The notes under the pieces are model-generated. The model did not search any database, was not told the origin of the DNA, and worked only from the letters and a program-made list of their open reading frames with translations. A DNA stretch of 64,000 nt from Sedimentisphaerales bacterium (GTDB lineage: Bacteria > Planctomycetota > Phycisphaerae > Sedimentisphaerales > Anaerobacaceae): NCBI GenBank assembly GCA_016935195.1, contig JAFGRL010000103.1, positions 3,519 to 67,518 on the forward strand. The letters run 5' to 3'. Position numbers and translations under genes: made by a program. Numbering within the stretch: position 1 is the stretch's first letter; each line of letters opens with the position of its first letter. Positions 63,939 through 64,000 of this stretch are shown piece by piece.

Positions 63939-64000
63939 TTTTTTGTGAGTCTTGCCCTTATCACAGCTGCAAGGTAGTTACATATATAAGTTCAGTTTTG

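Overview
This 64-kb window is chromosomal and mostly housekeeping. Spot counts of single 60-nt lines give about 45-55% G+C. Protein styles (very long SecA and YidC, dockerin-like tails on secreted proteins, many lipoprotein or signal-anchored ORFs) suggest a PVC or Planctomycetota-like bacterium, but taxonomy cannot be proven from the sequence alone.

Recognisable content:
- A complete nine-gene V/A-type ATPase operon in Enterococcus ntpFIKECGABD order, with asnA 38 nt downstream.
- tRNA-Gly(CCC).
- Translation and RNA-modification genes: mnmG, mnmE, rluB, rluD, efp.
- Secretion genes: secA, yidC, and the tail of a signal peptidase I-like gene.
- Metabolic and other genes: acpS, accA, pgi, a manC-like gene, tyrA, surE, ruvX, a fumarase alpha subunit, nnrE, and a DUF47-pitA pair.
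- A locus of two paralogous secreted glycan-type proteins next to an XRE-cupin regulator.

Accessory or unusual content:
1. A low-GC (~35%) island at 19.3-21.3 kb encodes two unrelated proteins, each with an Rx4H HEPN-like motif. One also carries a C-terminal Ada-type zinc ribbon. This is my best candidate for an undescribed defence or toxin module.
2. Next to it lies a ~950-bp ORF-poor spacer with iteron-like direct repeats, a 7-mer tandem array, a polypyrimidine run and 10-bp phased T-tracts.
3. A ~180-bp dispersed inverted repeat occurs at 22.1 kb and 32.2 kb. It carries an ATCAAAAGCGC motif, and the second copy contains a perfect 30-bp palindrome.
4. A family of short hairpin repeats has the form GAGATTGC...GCAATGAC.
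5. There are decayed nucleotidyltransferase and HEPN gene fragments.

I recognised no rRNA, CRISPR array, transposase or integrase. All calls come from reading the translations and sequence by eye, with no database search.
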